Part shown: positions 1-11,785 of the stretch, one piece after another
How positions within the stretch are numbered: position 1 is the first letter of the stretch
Layout: every line of letters begins with the position of its first letter
Assembly: GCF_037042905.1 (NCBI RefSeq)
Contig: NC_087251.1
Span: 47,928,001 to 47,992,000, forward strand
Direction: 5' to 3'
Length of the DNA: 64,000 nucleotides
Origin: Lytechinus pictus
Lineage: Eukaryota
Notes under the pieces: model-generated
What the model was told of the DNA's origin: nothing
The model's database searches: none
Seen by the model: the letters and a program-made list of their open reading frames with translations, nothing else
Made by a program: the position numbers and the translations under genes

Positions 1-356
1 AAGCTCCCGGAGTATAGCTCTCTCCTCCAGTGAACACTTTAAAATCAACCTAATGGAAATAAGGGGGGGGGGGCAGAAAAAGGGAATTAAAACGAGTTAC
101 ACACTGATTTTGATTAATTAAATTTCTCTAAAACTAGTTTCTGAAAATTTGAAACTTATTGTAGAATTATAAACATGTAATTTCTTCTCAAATGTTAACA
201 GCCAATCAGAAAACGGTATTTTGACGACGTCATCAATATTTGAAAATACTTTTATTGAATTCTACGGGTGAAATTACCCCTATCTGCCAACTTTAATCGT
301 ACAAATGTGTGAATAATGGGTTTTGGCGCACTTTGGATCCATTCTGGCCCACTGTG
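1..356 (-). mobile_element. End of a Transib/RAG-like DNA transposon (RSS-like terminus); rest of element lies upstream of the window
   Basis: Minus strand from 356 reads CACAGTG + 23 nt + CCAAAACCC. The flank 357-361 is CGACG (CGNCG). It truncates a SINE exactly at this point compared with the intact copy at 20811. Confidence 0.65.
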
Positions 357-494
357 CGACGGCTTAAGGTCTTCTCCGAAGGACCTGGTAATGAAGATGA
401 ATGCCTTACCAAAGGGCACTAGCGCACCAAGTGGGAATCGAACCCGGGTCACCGAAATACGAATCTCCCGCTCCCCCGACTGAGCTATCGCGCC
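357..494 (-). mobile_element. tRNA-derived SINE, 5' part (interrupted)
   Basis: Minus strand GGCGCGATAGCTCAGTCGG (A box) ... GGTTCGATTCCC (B box), followed by a body shared with 20811-21007 (CATTACCAGGTC..CGGAGA..TTAAGC). Confidence 0.85.
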
Positions 495-719
495 TCCCAA
501 TCAAATTGTCCCTTTTGTTTCATATCGCGCTTAGCAAGAGGAATAGAAAGATAGTCATCATTTTCATATGATGACATTATTGACATGTCCTAAGGATGTC
601 CCGGTCGTATGTCAAAACTAAAAAATAATAATGATGAAAAATATCAGCTCTTTATTACGTGCGATCCATATCCACCTCACAATTTTCCTACAAATTAAGT
701 GCTTGAACTATAGAGCTGA

Positions 720-900
720 AATTGACCCTTTTTTTAGATCGGAATATCACTGGATGAACAATATTATCTCTGATGCATATCAATTGTCGAAGTTTACAAA
801 AAACTTTCACTCTATGTCTGAATTCCTAGATCTGATAAAGTGTAAATTCGATTTTATAGTGGTCAGCGAAACATGACTTTCAGAAGGTCCAGATTGTCTC
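720..900 (+). pseudogene. CR1/L2-type LINE endonuclease fragment
   Basis: Translation ...LDLIKCKFDFIVVSET*L matches the APE-endonuclease motif FDxIxxSETWL with W mutated to stop. It is cut off by the element starting at 902. Confidence 0.55.
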
Positions 901-901
901 T

Positions 902-3900
902 TAGACGGGTCAATATACGACCAAAAATACCCTTACCCGGAACAAATTGCAACAAATGATTTTTCAATGGTTTTTATTACTATTTGACCTCAGGAATAAC
1001 ATACTAAAAATCTACCAAAATCTGCATCTGGGAAAGTGGTTATTTTCAAGATGGCGTCCAAGATGCCCGCCATTCACTGAAAATTGATACAACTGACTCA
1101 TTATCCACCTTAGGAATCCCTTTTCGGTTCATATTCCATGGTCTACGGGTGAAAACTTGTTGATACAGGCTAGCGTGAATTATAAGCCCTCCAGTGTACT
1201 TGGAAAATCCAAAATGGCTGCCGTAGGCTGAAATCCACAATTCATCTAAGTGGCTTCCACTTCGTTTTTATTCACAGGTTATAAGGGTGAAGTAGTAAAT
1301 TGGAACAAATTACAAGGCCAGCCAGTGGTCTGGTGTGTCCAAAAATCCAAGATGGTGTCAAAAAATCCAAGATGGCTTCCAAAAATGGAGTTTAAAATGG
1401 CTGTAGATAATTAAAATGGACATAGTTCATTAATATCCGCCTAGGACACAATGATATTGGTGTCTAGACCATGTTCTCAATGGTCAAATAAGACACTGGG
1501 ACAAGTTACAAGGACAGCCAGTGGTCCAGTATGTTCAAAAATCCAAGATGGCTTCCAAAAGGGAATCTAAAATTGCTGTTGCTACTTTTAAAAAGCCAAC
1601 ATAGTTTGCTCAATATCCAGAAATGTGATTGTTGTGTCTATACCATGGTTAAATGGGTCTAATAATACATTGCAAGTTACAAGGAAAGTCAGTGGTCTGC
1701 TATGTGCAAAAATCCGCGATGGATTAAAAAAAATTATAAATAATACATAAATCAGACATAGCTCATTTCATATCGGCCTGGGAGATGTGATTTTGGTGTT
1801 TAAACCACTGGTTTCAAGGGTCAATTTATACATTAGGATAAGTTACAAGGACAGTCAGAGGCCTGGTTTGTCAAAAAATTTAAGTTGGCTTCCAAAAATT
1901 GATTCTAAATTGACTGCTGTTACTTAAAGTGCATGGACATAGCTTATATCATATCGGCCTGGGAGATACTGTTTTGGTGTCTAAACCACTGGTTTCAAGG
2001 GTCAAAATAATACATTAGGACAAGTTTTGAGGACAGTCAGTGGTCTGGTATGATCAAAAATCCAATATGGCTTCCAAAAAAAAGATTCTCAAATGGCTGC
2101 TGATACTTAAAGTGGCATAGCTCATTTTATATCCGCCTGTGAGATATGATATCGGTGTCTAAAGTATGGTTTGAAGGGTCAAATGATATATTAGGACAAG
2201 TTACAATGACAGTCAGTGATCTAGTATGTCCAAAATTCCAAGATGGCTTCCAAAAATGGAATAAAGAAATGTCTGTTACTTATAAAAGGACATAGTTTGT
2301 ACAATATCTGTATGGGGAATGTGAGTTTGGTGTCTAAACCATGGTTTAAAGGGTCAAGTAATATGCTAGGGTAAGTTACAAGTCCAGTTAGTTGTCTGTG
2401 TGTTAAAAAATCAAAGATGACTTTAAAAAATGGGGTGTAAATTGACTGTTGTTACTTAAAAGTACACATAGTTTATTAGAAATACACCTTGGAGGTATGA
2501 TATCGCTGTCTACACGAGAGTTTAAAGGGTCAAATAATACATTGGGTTAAGTTGAAAGGATAGTCAGGTGTCAGGTATGTCCAAAAATCGACGATGGTTT
2601 TAAAAATGGGGTCTTAAATGACTGTTGTTACATAAAAGTGGATATAGAACATTACAAATACTCCTTTGGGATATTATCTTGGTGTCTACACTAGGGTTTC
2701 AAGGGTCAAAAATACTTTGGGACTGGTTACCATGATATGCAGTTATCAATTTTGCCTTAAAAAATGGGTTATAAAATGACTGCTGTTACTTAAAACTTGG
2801 ACATAGTTCATACAATATCCACCTGTGAGAAATAACCTTGGCGCCTACACTTAAATGCATGGGACAAATTATCATATTGTTTCATGAGTTGGTAACAGCA
2901 CCCATTTTGATGAAATTATAGAATCGACCATGGACAAAATGAAATACTAACCATCCTTGTTACTTGTCCGAATGTATTATTTGACCATTCATACCACAAT
3001 TTAGACACCAACATTTTTTTCCTACAGACAGTTATTGTAGAACTCTGACCATTATTGAGTGATATGAGTCGTTTTAGATGCGTTTTTTGAAAACCCTCTT
3101 GTGTTTTAGGCAAACTGGACAACTCCAGATCAATGTAACCAGTCCAAACGTATTGTTTTAGCCATGAAATCATGGTGTAGACACCGAAATCATATCTCCT
3201 TGGTGGATTTTAAATGAACTATATGTCCATTTTTAAAGTAACAGCAGTCATTTTAGACCCCGATTTTGAAAGCCATCTCGGATTTTTCGACATACTGGAC
3301 AACTGACTGTCCTTGTAACTAATTTTCTGACTTTTAAAACCATGGGATAAACATCAAAATCAAATGCCCTTGACGGATATTACATGAACTATGTCTATCT
3401 GTAAATATCAGCGGCTATTTTACACAAGTATTTTGTTAAGCCACCGTGGACTTTTGGACATACTTGACCACCTACCCTCCTTGTAACTTATCCCAATGTA
3501 TTATTTGACCCATTTAATCATGGTATAGGCACAAAAATCATATTCCCGCATATTGAACAATGTACTTAAGTTTTTTCACAAGTAGCAACAGCCGCATTTT
3601 TGCTCCATTTTGGGGAGTCATCATGGATTTTTTAACAAACCGGACCACTGACTGTCCGTGTAACTTGTCCCAATGTATTATTTGGCCATTGAAACCATGG
3701 TCTAGACACCAAAATTATATCTCCCAGGTGGATATGATATGAGCTATGTCCATTTTAAGTATTAACAGCCATTTTAAACTCAATGTTTGGAAGCACTTTT
3801 GGATTTTTGGACACACCAGACCACTGGCTGTCCTTGTAACTTGCCCCGATGTACTTCTTCACCATTAAAACCATTGAATAAAAACCAAATTAAAGCCACT

Positions 3901-4237
3901 TGAGTAATTAATAGATGAATTGTTGATTTCTAGCCTACGGCAGCCATTTTGGACACCATCGTGGATTTTCCTGGTATAGTGATAATATTCACTATAAATT
4001 CGTTTACCCACTGGACCATGGAATATGAACCCAAATGGGATTCTAGGGTGGATTATGAGTGAATTATATCCATTTTCAGTGAATGGCGGCCATCTTGAAA
4101 ATAACTACTTTCCCATATGCGGATTTTGGTGGATTTTTAGTATGTTATTCCAGATGTCAAATACTACCAGAAACAGTTAAAAATCATTTGTTGCAATTAT
4201 TGTTTACCGGGTCAAACCATATATATTGACCCGTCTA
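902..4237. mobile_element. 3.3-kb foldback-type non-autonomous DNA transposon, TAG...CTA termini (Academ-like)
   Basis: TAGACGGGTCAATATA (902-917) is inverted at 4222-4237. The arms remain complementary for >1 kb and are built of ~175-bp tandem units in opposite orientation. Imperfect TSD ctct/ctca. No ORF. Confidence 0.8.
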
Positions 4238-5982
4238 CTCATCTTCTCTCAGATGAGTGGATTGGCGCCTTTGAGATATTAATAACGCAAACTGGTAATA
4301 ATTATATCTCTATGATTGGCGCTGATTCGAGATTGGGCAGATTGCAGGGGGGTGAACCTCCGCTTCTGCATCCGGTCAGACATGGGGAAATTTTGGAAGG
4401 TCAAAAGTGCACACTGCTCCCATTTTTCGCGTACAAGCCTATGGACACCGCAACTTCATGGCACACCAGCGAAACAGAGGCGTGGTCATAATTGGCCTGC
4501 GCGCATAGCGTAAAAATATGCAAATAAGTATAATGTCACTAATTAGCATAATGCGCGACGTGATTGCATATGAAATGAATTCATAGAGCTGCGTCTTTAA
4601 AGTGGATTATGTCATTCATTCCCCCGTTCACCCCCCCCCCGGTATTCTGTTTATTCATCTTTTCTTGTTTATATATTTTTAATAATTATTATCTGTCGCG
4701 ATTTTTACTACATCAATTAATACAATTATTTATATGCTAGCTATTTCCCTGGAAGACATATGGAAGCTTTCAAAGGATTCATTAATATGTTTGAACTTGG
4801 GGATCTGCTTGCTCTATTCATCAGGTGTTCATCACAGACATCACTGCATATTATTTTTATTTTTAATTACACATCATGAATAGCTATTAATGTTTGTTTG
4901 TTTGGGTTTTTTTTTTTTTTGGGGGGGGGTTAAATGCTTAAAATGATCAGAGAAATCTGAGCAAGAGAGCAAAGCAATCAGAAGGTCATTTTGTCTTTAT
5001 TTTGAAATTGAAATGACAATCTGTTGCAAATCTTATCAAGATTAAAAAAAAAATATCTGAGTTTAGGTTTGGAGCAAGACAGCCCAGTTCCCCCCTGCAT
5101 GAATCAAGGCTATCTTATAAAGTTGACTTCCAAACAAAATAAAATTGTTGTACCTGCCCGCCCCCTAAATCTATCAATCTCACCCCCCCCCTCTCTCTCC
5201 TCCACACACACATATACCACATAATCATGCGAGCAAACAAATATTCTCATATCATTTTATTTCTATCCCACTCTTAAATCAAATTGGTTTATCTCTTTAG
5301 GAAGAATATTTATTTTGGCTGTGCCTGATAATAAAATGTCACAGTATGCCATGTTGCAATAGCTTTTATGGGCTATCTTGCCATGCATGGTATTTTTATA
5401 CTTTATGTTATACTCTTACCTGTTGTACTAGTATTTTACCCATAGATACCTGACAAACAAAGTCAATCAATCAGTAGCAACATCATATTCCAGTCATATA
5501 GAAGTATTCTTCATTATCATCATACCATCATCTAAATAGTGCCATTTCATCACAACACAGTTTGGTAGCAATAACATCATCATCATTTTATCTTTCACGC
5601 AATATGAATTGGTGGATTAAATAAATCACGAATATGAAGATTAGAAAGTATATTTCAAATTAAAATGTTTAATAAGGAATCAATTTTTGAAATATGTGAT
5701 AAAAATATTACTATCCTTTTTTTCTCGCCAAAGCATAAAATGCATATACTGAATGCAACAGAAATTGCAAGGCAGTTATAAGGGAGGGGATGTAATTTTT
5801 TATGTAAAATCTAGAGAAAAAAATCGGAAAAAAAAGAGTTTGTATATTCACTTTCATAGGTATTCACTTCCCCATAAAATAAATTCAACAGTTTAATGTC
5901 CAATACTACAGGTCCTTGTTTCATAAAGACTTCAATTATGGTAAATTTGCCCCAATTGTAACTAGCAACTAGCATGGGAACC

Positions 5983-7404
5983 CAGCGGCGTAACAGGGGT
6001 CGGTGGCCAGGGGGGGGGGGGCAAGCGCCAAAAAATTTCCCGGTCATATCATGGTATGAACAGGCGTAATGGTGTAATATGAGGAGACTATTTGAGAAGG
6101 CCAGTTATTGCGCATCGAGCAGAATATCTTTTTAAAACTTTGCGAGCGAGCGAAGCGAGCGAGCAAAAATTTTGACCTTTTAAGACAAAAATCAAATTTT
6201 GTGATATATTTTGACATTATATCCAGAGAATAATATATTGCATTCTTCTCTCTTTAGATTCCTTTTTTGTGGTCTGTACGCCACTGTGAACAGGATTAAT
6301 TGCGGCAGCGTGAAGAGTAAATAAAAAAATGAGGGGCGCAGTATAGCACATGTGTTAAAAAACTGCTTTGTATAAGTCCCGAGCGAGCGAAGCGAGCGAG
6401 AAAAAAAATCACCTTTTCATGAGAATCTAACTTTGAGCATTTTGATATTATATTCAGTAAATAAAAGCATATCCTACACTTCTCAGATGCTTTTCTTTCC
6501 TTTTTTTGTGTTATTGTTTGTAGAACCTTTGGGGCCATGGCCCAACCTTTCCATACGCAGTGCTGTGCAGTTGGGGTCCGGGGCGGAGCCCCTGAAACTT
6601 TTTGATATCAAAGCCATTTAAACCTCGCAGATTGCCGCTATTTTAATCAAATCGCGGGCATATACAGAATATAGCTTTAACACAACACATTTATTCAAAC
6701 CAGTTGTGTAATGAACCAAATATTTTGAGGGGGGCAAAACATAGCAATGTTGGAAAAATTGTAAAAAGTCGTCAGCATGCGAAGCGAGCTAGAAAATAAA
6801 TGACACCCCCCCCGTGCCTGTATGCCAGTGATTGAACGGGGGGGGGGGGGCGTTAAAGAGCCAATTGAAGGTTATAAATGAAGAGCCCGGTCCTACTGCG
6901 TAAGGTGTCGGGCAAAGCCCCGGTAGATTATTTGCATAAAATTTAGCTCGCTTATATAGAGCGCAATGTTGTATGCAGTCCATCTTTCTTCCCGCTCTTT
7001 AATTCAATCATCGGCAGCCCGGTCGTAATATTTTTTTTTTCTTATCCCTTTTCTTTGTTTTCCAATTTAGCTTTTGACTTATTACAAGTTCGTTTCGCGC
7101 TATTGTTTGCCGTTTTGTCATCTTTTGATTTATTTCCCATCGTGCTATTGCATTACATAGGCCTATTTCGGAATGCTTTGTTCTTTCTGAAATGTTCTTC
7201 TTTCTTACATTTTCCCGATTTCCTTCATTTACCATTTAAAAATGTTTTTTCTTCGTTTTCTTTTCCCTTTCCCTTTCCTTTTCCCCTTTCCCTTTCTTTC
7301 TCCCTCCTTTTTTTTCTTTTTCCCGTTTTTCTTTTTTTTTTCCCGGTGAAACCCGCCAGGGGGGGCAGCTTGCCCCCCCTGCCCCCCCGCCTGTTACGCC
7401 ACTG
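5983..7404. mobile_element. hAT-type non-autonomous element
   Basis: TIR CAGCGGCGTAACAGG / CCTGTTACGCCACTG; exact 8-bp TSD TGGGAACC (5975-5982, 7405-7412). Confidence 0.9.
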
Positions 7405-8958
7405 TGGGAACCTCACTTTTGATCTGTTGCTTTAATGTTTCCACGGTAATTACCAGAATGGCAAAGTTAGAATAGTGGTTAGTCTTAATGAAATGGGGTC
7501 CAGGAGTGAGAGTAATTTCTTAATCCTTTGTTCTGTCACCTTGTTTTTTTTAGAATGCACATTTTTCAATGAAAATCCATCATTTCTTATTGTCTTATGT
7601 ATGTCTGTAGGCATGTATGTTACATAGCCCAGACCTCAGTAAAGACCCATTCTGAATTGATTTTATTACCAGAATACAAACTATCCCTTTCAAACTACTA
7701 ATAGCATTAAAAGTTCTTTCACTACAATATGTACTACATTTAGATGATTACAACATTAATAATGGGTGGGTAAGTGTGCCCTTTGGGAAAATATTTTAAT
7801 CTTGTGTGAAACCTATGGACCTAAATATTTATACTCCAATATTATTTTTTCTACAGATGTGTAGTTCAAGCAAAATTCAATATGTATTGACAATATTCAA
7901 ATTCATTCAATTCTTAAAATGTGTAATTGTGATTAAGTAACTACTTGTTATGAACTTGGCCTCCATATTTCTTCTTAATCTGCCCTGGTGGTACTCAAAC
8001 AGCCTGCGAAACCTGCATGGTAAACAAAAAGAGAAAGTACAAAATGAGCTGCTGATATAATTATTCTCACTCATCTAGTCCAGTTTATTAAGAAGTTTAA
8101 ATCTTTTTATTAGGCCCTACTCTTCCATGCAAAATATATTTAGATAATGCACATGTAGCAATCTATATAGCCAGATAAAAATCATAGATCACTATTTATA
8201 GATCGTTTTTCATAGATCTTTTTTTATTAAGTGTGCAAACTAATTCAAATATATATCATGAGATTACTCTCAATATTTTGTCCTATTTTATTTCTGTCTA
8301 CAGAGTAACTGAGTTTTAAAGTGATTTTATGTATGACTAATATAGATAAGAGACATGATCAAGTATGCATTGATGAGAATGGAAATACTGGTGAATCTGA
8401 ATTCAAATAAATATTAACTCACAACGGAGCTTTACTATATATGGGATAACATGATTCAGAAAAAGTAACTATAGCCCCCCCCAAAAAAAAAAATAAAAAA
8501 AAAAAATAAATAAATAAAAAGGAAATAGGAGGCCTTTTTACGGAAACAAGCGTACCTTGCAAGTTTTCAGTTCAGATATCCTGTTCCTCATCAGATTGTA
8601 ACTCTTGGTGATGTGCAAATGGTAGTTGACTTTGTACTTCTGACTGGGCTAGGCTGCTAAGAACTTGATCCGATTGGATCTGCAATTTAAAATAAACACA
8701 ATACTTTACAGTTTAAAATTTTAGAGCCAAAAAAAAAAAACATTTTCAAAATTTCCAGCTAGTCATATCCTAAGCCTATTCATATACATGTATGAATATT
8801 TCCAACTAGAAAAAAGCTGGTCTTGACCAAAAACTTCCCTCTGTATCGTGACGAAATAGGCATACCTGGCTCTGTTTCCACTGACCATCTTCATTGTCAA
8901 TAAGAGTCAGTAAATGGTTCAAGCATACATGGCCTACTAATAATTAATCCCCCTACAT

Positions 8959-10030
8959 CCCGGGGGGGGGCACTCGACCAAAAAAGTAGTGGGCATGTGC
9001 CGCGGGCGAGACAAAAAACGGGGGCCTTGGAGCGGGCTTATTGTAAAAAGGAGGGTCCTCGGAACGTGCTTCGGAACGACAAATGTTTGTGAAAACGGGG
9101 GTCCTTGGAAAGGCTTGCGTGCATACGTGTATATGCAGCTAGCCTATAAGGTCTTTGCAGCTAGCCCAGCGGCACGGGCGCCGGGTGCGCTCGCGCAGAG
9201 GCGATGGTCGGCCCGGGGGGGGCACTCGACCAAAAAAGTGGTAGGGGTGTGCCGCGGGCGAGGCAAAAAACGGGGGCCTTGGAGCGGGCTTATTGTAAAA
9301 TGGAGGGTCCTCGGAACGGGCTTCGGAACTACAAATGTTTGTGTAAACGGGGGTCCTCGGAACGGATCTCCGTATCTCTGTGAGTGCGTATGCATCCCTA
9401 TGGAACGGGCAATCGTGCATGACGCAGCTAGCGCGGCCTCTGCCGGGTGCGCTCGCGCTTAGGCGATGGTCGAAAAGCGCTCTACGGCCGCTTTTCACCA
9501 AAATTGTAGCAGATCAATGCGACCGGAACGGCGTAACGAAAAATATGCAAAGCTTTGGAGCGGATTTCTTTCTTCTTTTTTCTCGATAAGAAGGAAATGC
9601 TATGCCTTGGAGCGGCTTTCTTTGTTCTTTTTCTCAATAAGACAAAAATGCTATGCCTTGGAACGGAAATTTGAGTGTAAAAATGGGGGTCCCCTCCGCG
9701 GCACATACCCACTATGCGTTATATACTGAGTGCCCCCCCCCCCGGGATGGTCGGACAGCGCTCAGCGGCCGCTTTTTACCAAAATTGCAGCTCATTGTGG
9801 CGGATCAATGCGATCGGAACGGCGTAACGAAAAATATGCGAAGCTTTGGAGCGGATTTCTTTCTTCTTTTCTCTCGATAACAAGAAAATGCTATGCTTCG
9901 GAGCGGCTTTCTTAGTTCTTTTTCTTAATAAGATGAAAATGCTATGCCCTGGAACGGAAATTTGAGTGTAAAAATGGGGGTCCCCTCCGCGGCACATACC
10001 CACTATGCCTTATATACTGAGTGCCCCCCC
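8959..10030. mobile_element. CCCGGG(G)nCACT-family MITE (outer copy)
   Basis: Left TIR CCCGGGGGGGGGCACTC; right GAGTGCCCCCCC (terminal GGG lost); 8-bp TSD CCCTACAT (8951-8958, 10031-10038). Confidence 0.85.
9212..9746. mobile_element. Same-family MITE nested inside the outer copy
   Basis: CCCGGGGGGGGCACTC ... GAGTGCCCCCCCCCCCGGG; exact 8-bp TSD ATGGTCGG (9204-9211, 9747-9754); highly similar to the host element halves. Confidence 0.92.
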
Positions 10031-10269
10031 CCCTACATCTGTCAAAGCTGGCTCGATGTATATATTATATTGAAGATTGACAAGGCCTCGCTATATATAA
10101 GTTGTAGGGCCTACCACGTCACATAATCTATTCAGTCCTCAATTTTGATGAGGAGTACAGTCCTCATCAAACTTTAAATGATCTGTTTTAACATGGACCT
10201 ATTACGAATGGTTTTAAGAATCAAATTTGTTTCTGTGACAAAAAGACTACCACGAAATCACAACAAATT

Positions 10270-10579
10270 ATGTGGAACGGCCTTCCATACTATCACGGAG
10301 GTCTAGCTGACCGGCCCGGCCGGCCGGCGAACCGCCGGTCGGCCTCTCAAAAGGCTTCAGCAGTAGCAACAGCAGCAGCTCACCCTCTTCTCTACCGCCC
10401 AGGCTCGCGCTCTGCACCGCCAAACACGCGGCGTCCGTTACAAAAATATACCGTACTCGTTCGGCCGTAGCCGCCCTAGTTTAGGCCTGGCTAGCTATAT
10501 GTACCGTACGTAGCTAGCTATCGCCTGGCATTGAATGTTTTCCTGGGATCGGCAACCTGCGTCTGGCGCTTACTGGAGA
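10270..10579. promoter_or_regulatory. CpG-rich promoter/5' UTR region of the SPT gene, possibly bidirectional
   Basis: Non-repetitive GC/CpG-rich island in AT-rich DNA immediately upstream of the first coding exon. Confidence 0.6.
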
Positions 10580-10732
10580 ATGGCCCTGCAGAGGAACAAC
10601 AGAGTTAGTTCGAAATGTATAGAATCCCTTAAGAACATGAAGAATGGATTTTCAGAAAGGAAAGATGTGCCTTCGAGGTTGGGCGAATCAAAGTCAAACA
10701 TGTCAAACTCAGAGTCAAAGTTTAATCATGAG
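10580..10732 (+). CDS. SPTLC2: Serine palmitoyltransferase 2, exon 1 (MALQRNN...SKFNHE); in-frame upstream ATG at 10535
   Basis: ATG in strong context (AgaATGG); open frame to phase-0 donor GAG|GTTGGT, which fits the phase-0 exon 2; lies in the CpG island. The N-terminus is not conserved, so it is assigned by position. Confidence 0.7.
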
Positions 10733-11052
10733 GTTGGTATTGCCTGTTTGTTTTCAATTTCAATTTTCATTCTTCTGATCAGTGGCGTACCCGGTAGGTA
10801 CCCATGACATGTTCATTGAATGAGTGGGCGTACCTAGTCCTAGGATTTTCCAAAGGGGGGGGGGGGCAAATTCGTGACAAGCAAAAAAAAAAAAGGTCTT
10901 CAAGTTCAAGTTTTCTTGATGCCGATGTGTGAATTAGGGAAGGTTTTTCTTCGGCTGATGGTCATTTTCCGACTTCACAAATGTGTCGCATATCGCCCTC
11001 AAAGCTTAAACGCAAGGTGATGTTGGACTAAACAAAATGAGTCATAATTTTT

Positions 11053-11345
11053 CTCGAGTTTGAGCGTTAATAATGACCCCTTTGAAAATTTTGTTTGATA
11101 TAATGAATAACAAATGTTGCATTCAACTTGTGCAGTGAGGTGAAAACTGAAATGAATGGGTCGACCGGATTGAGCTCTGTGTGTGTCTCGACTCTAGAGT
11201 TAATAATGACCAAACTCGAGTTTGAGCATTAATAATGACCCCTTTGAAAATTTTGTTTGATATAATGAATAACAAATGTTGCATTCAACTTGTGCAGTGA
11301 GGTGAAATGAATGGGTCGACCGGATTGAGCTCTGTGTGTGTCTCT
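11053..11345. repeat. Local direct duplication (~135 bp x2)
   Basis: ctcgagtttgagc.ttaataatgacccctttgaaaa...gagctctgtgtgtgtctc occurs at ~11053 and ~11215. Confidence 0.85.
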
Positions 11346-11584
11346 AGAGTCTAGTGCAGTGGTCACCGGTATAGCGGTAGAACATTTATAAGCGCTGGGA
11401 ATCTGCACGTGGCGTGTGTGTTGTACGTGTGTGCATGTATACAATTACAATTCATTTGCAATCATCGTGTGAAGCCAAAGGAGACAAAGGGGGTATGTTA
11501 GCCCCTCATATATTTTTTTACAGCAAATGGGTTACATCAGGGATGGAAGGGGTATATCTCTTTTCAAATAAAGTATCTTTACAC

Positions 11585-11785
11585 CAGGGGCGGATCCAGG
11601 ATTTTATGAAGGGGGGGGGGGGCACATTTCCCCTAGGAAAATTTTACAAGCAAAAAAAAAGTCCTTATCAAAGGGGGGGGGGGCACGCTATTGTGTTTTA
11701 ACTGCATTTTTACATTAAAAATTTTAATTGTGCCTCTCAGGGGGGGGGGGGGACGAGCCGGCTGTGCCCCCTGCATCCGCCAGTG
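11585..11785. mobile_element. Short hAT-type MITE
   Basis: CAGGGGCGGATCCAGG ... CCTGCATCCGCCAGTG; 8-bp TSD ctttacac/cttgacac (1 mismatch). A related copy lies at 11929-12192. Confidence 0.75.

Noticed and set aside
420..494. Functional tRNA gene (also 20811 and ~63970)
   Set aside because: A/B boxes are present but the acceptor stem is imperfect and the heads run into shared SINE bodies.
4347..4640. Small element with GGGGGGTGAAC/GTTCACCCCCC ends
   Set aside because: Only an 11-bp low-complexity inverted repeat, with no TSD or second copy to support it.
7008..7435. Phe-rich and Lys/Arg-rich ORFs on opposite strands
   Set aside because: Translation of a low-complexity pyrimidine tract inside a hAT MITE.
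8989..10126. Cluster of overlapping 60-157 aa ORFs
   Set aside because: All lie inside the GC-rich nested MITE pair; no recognisable domain.
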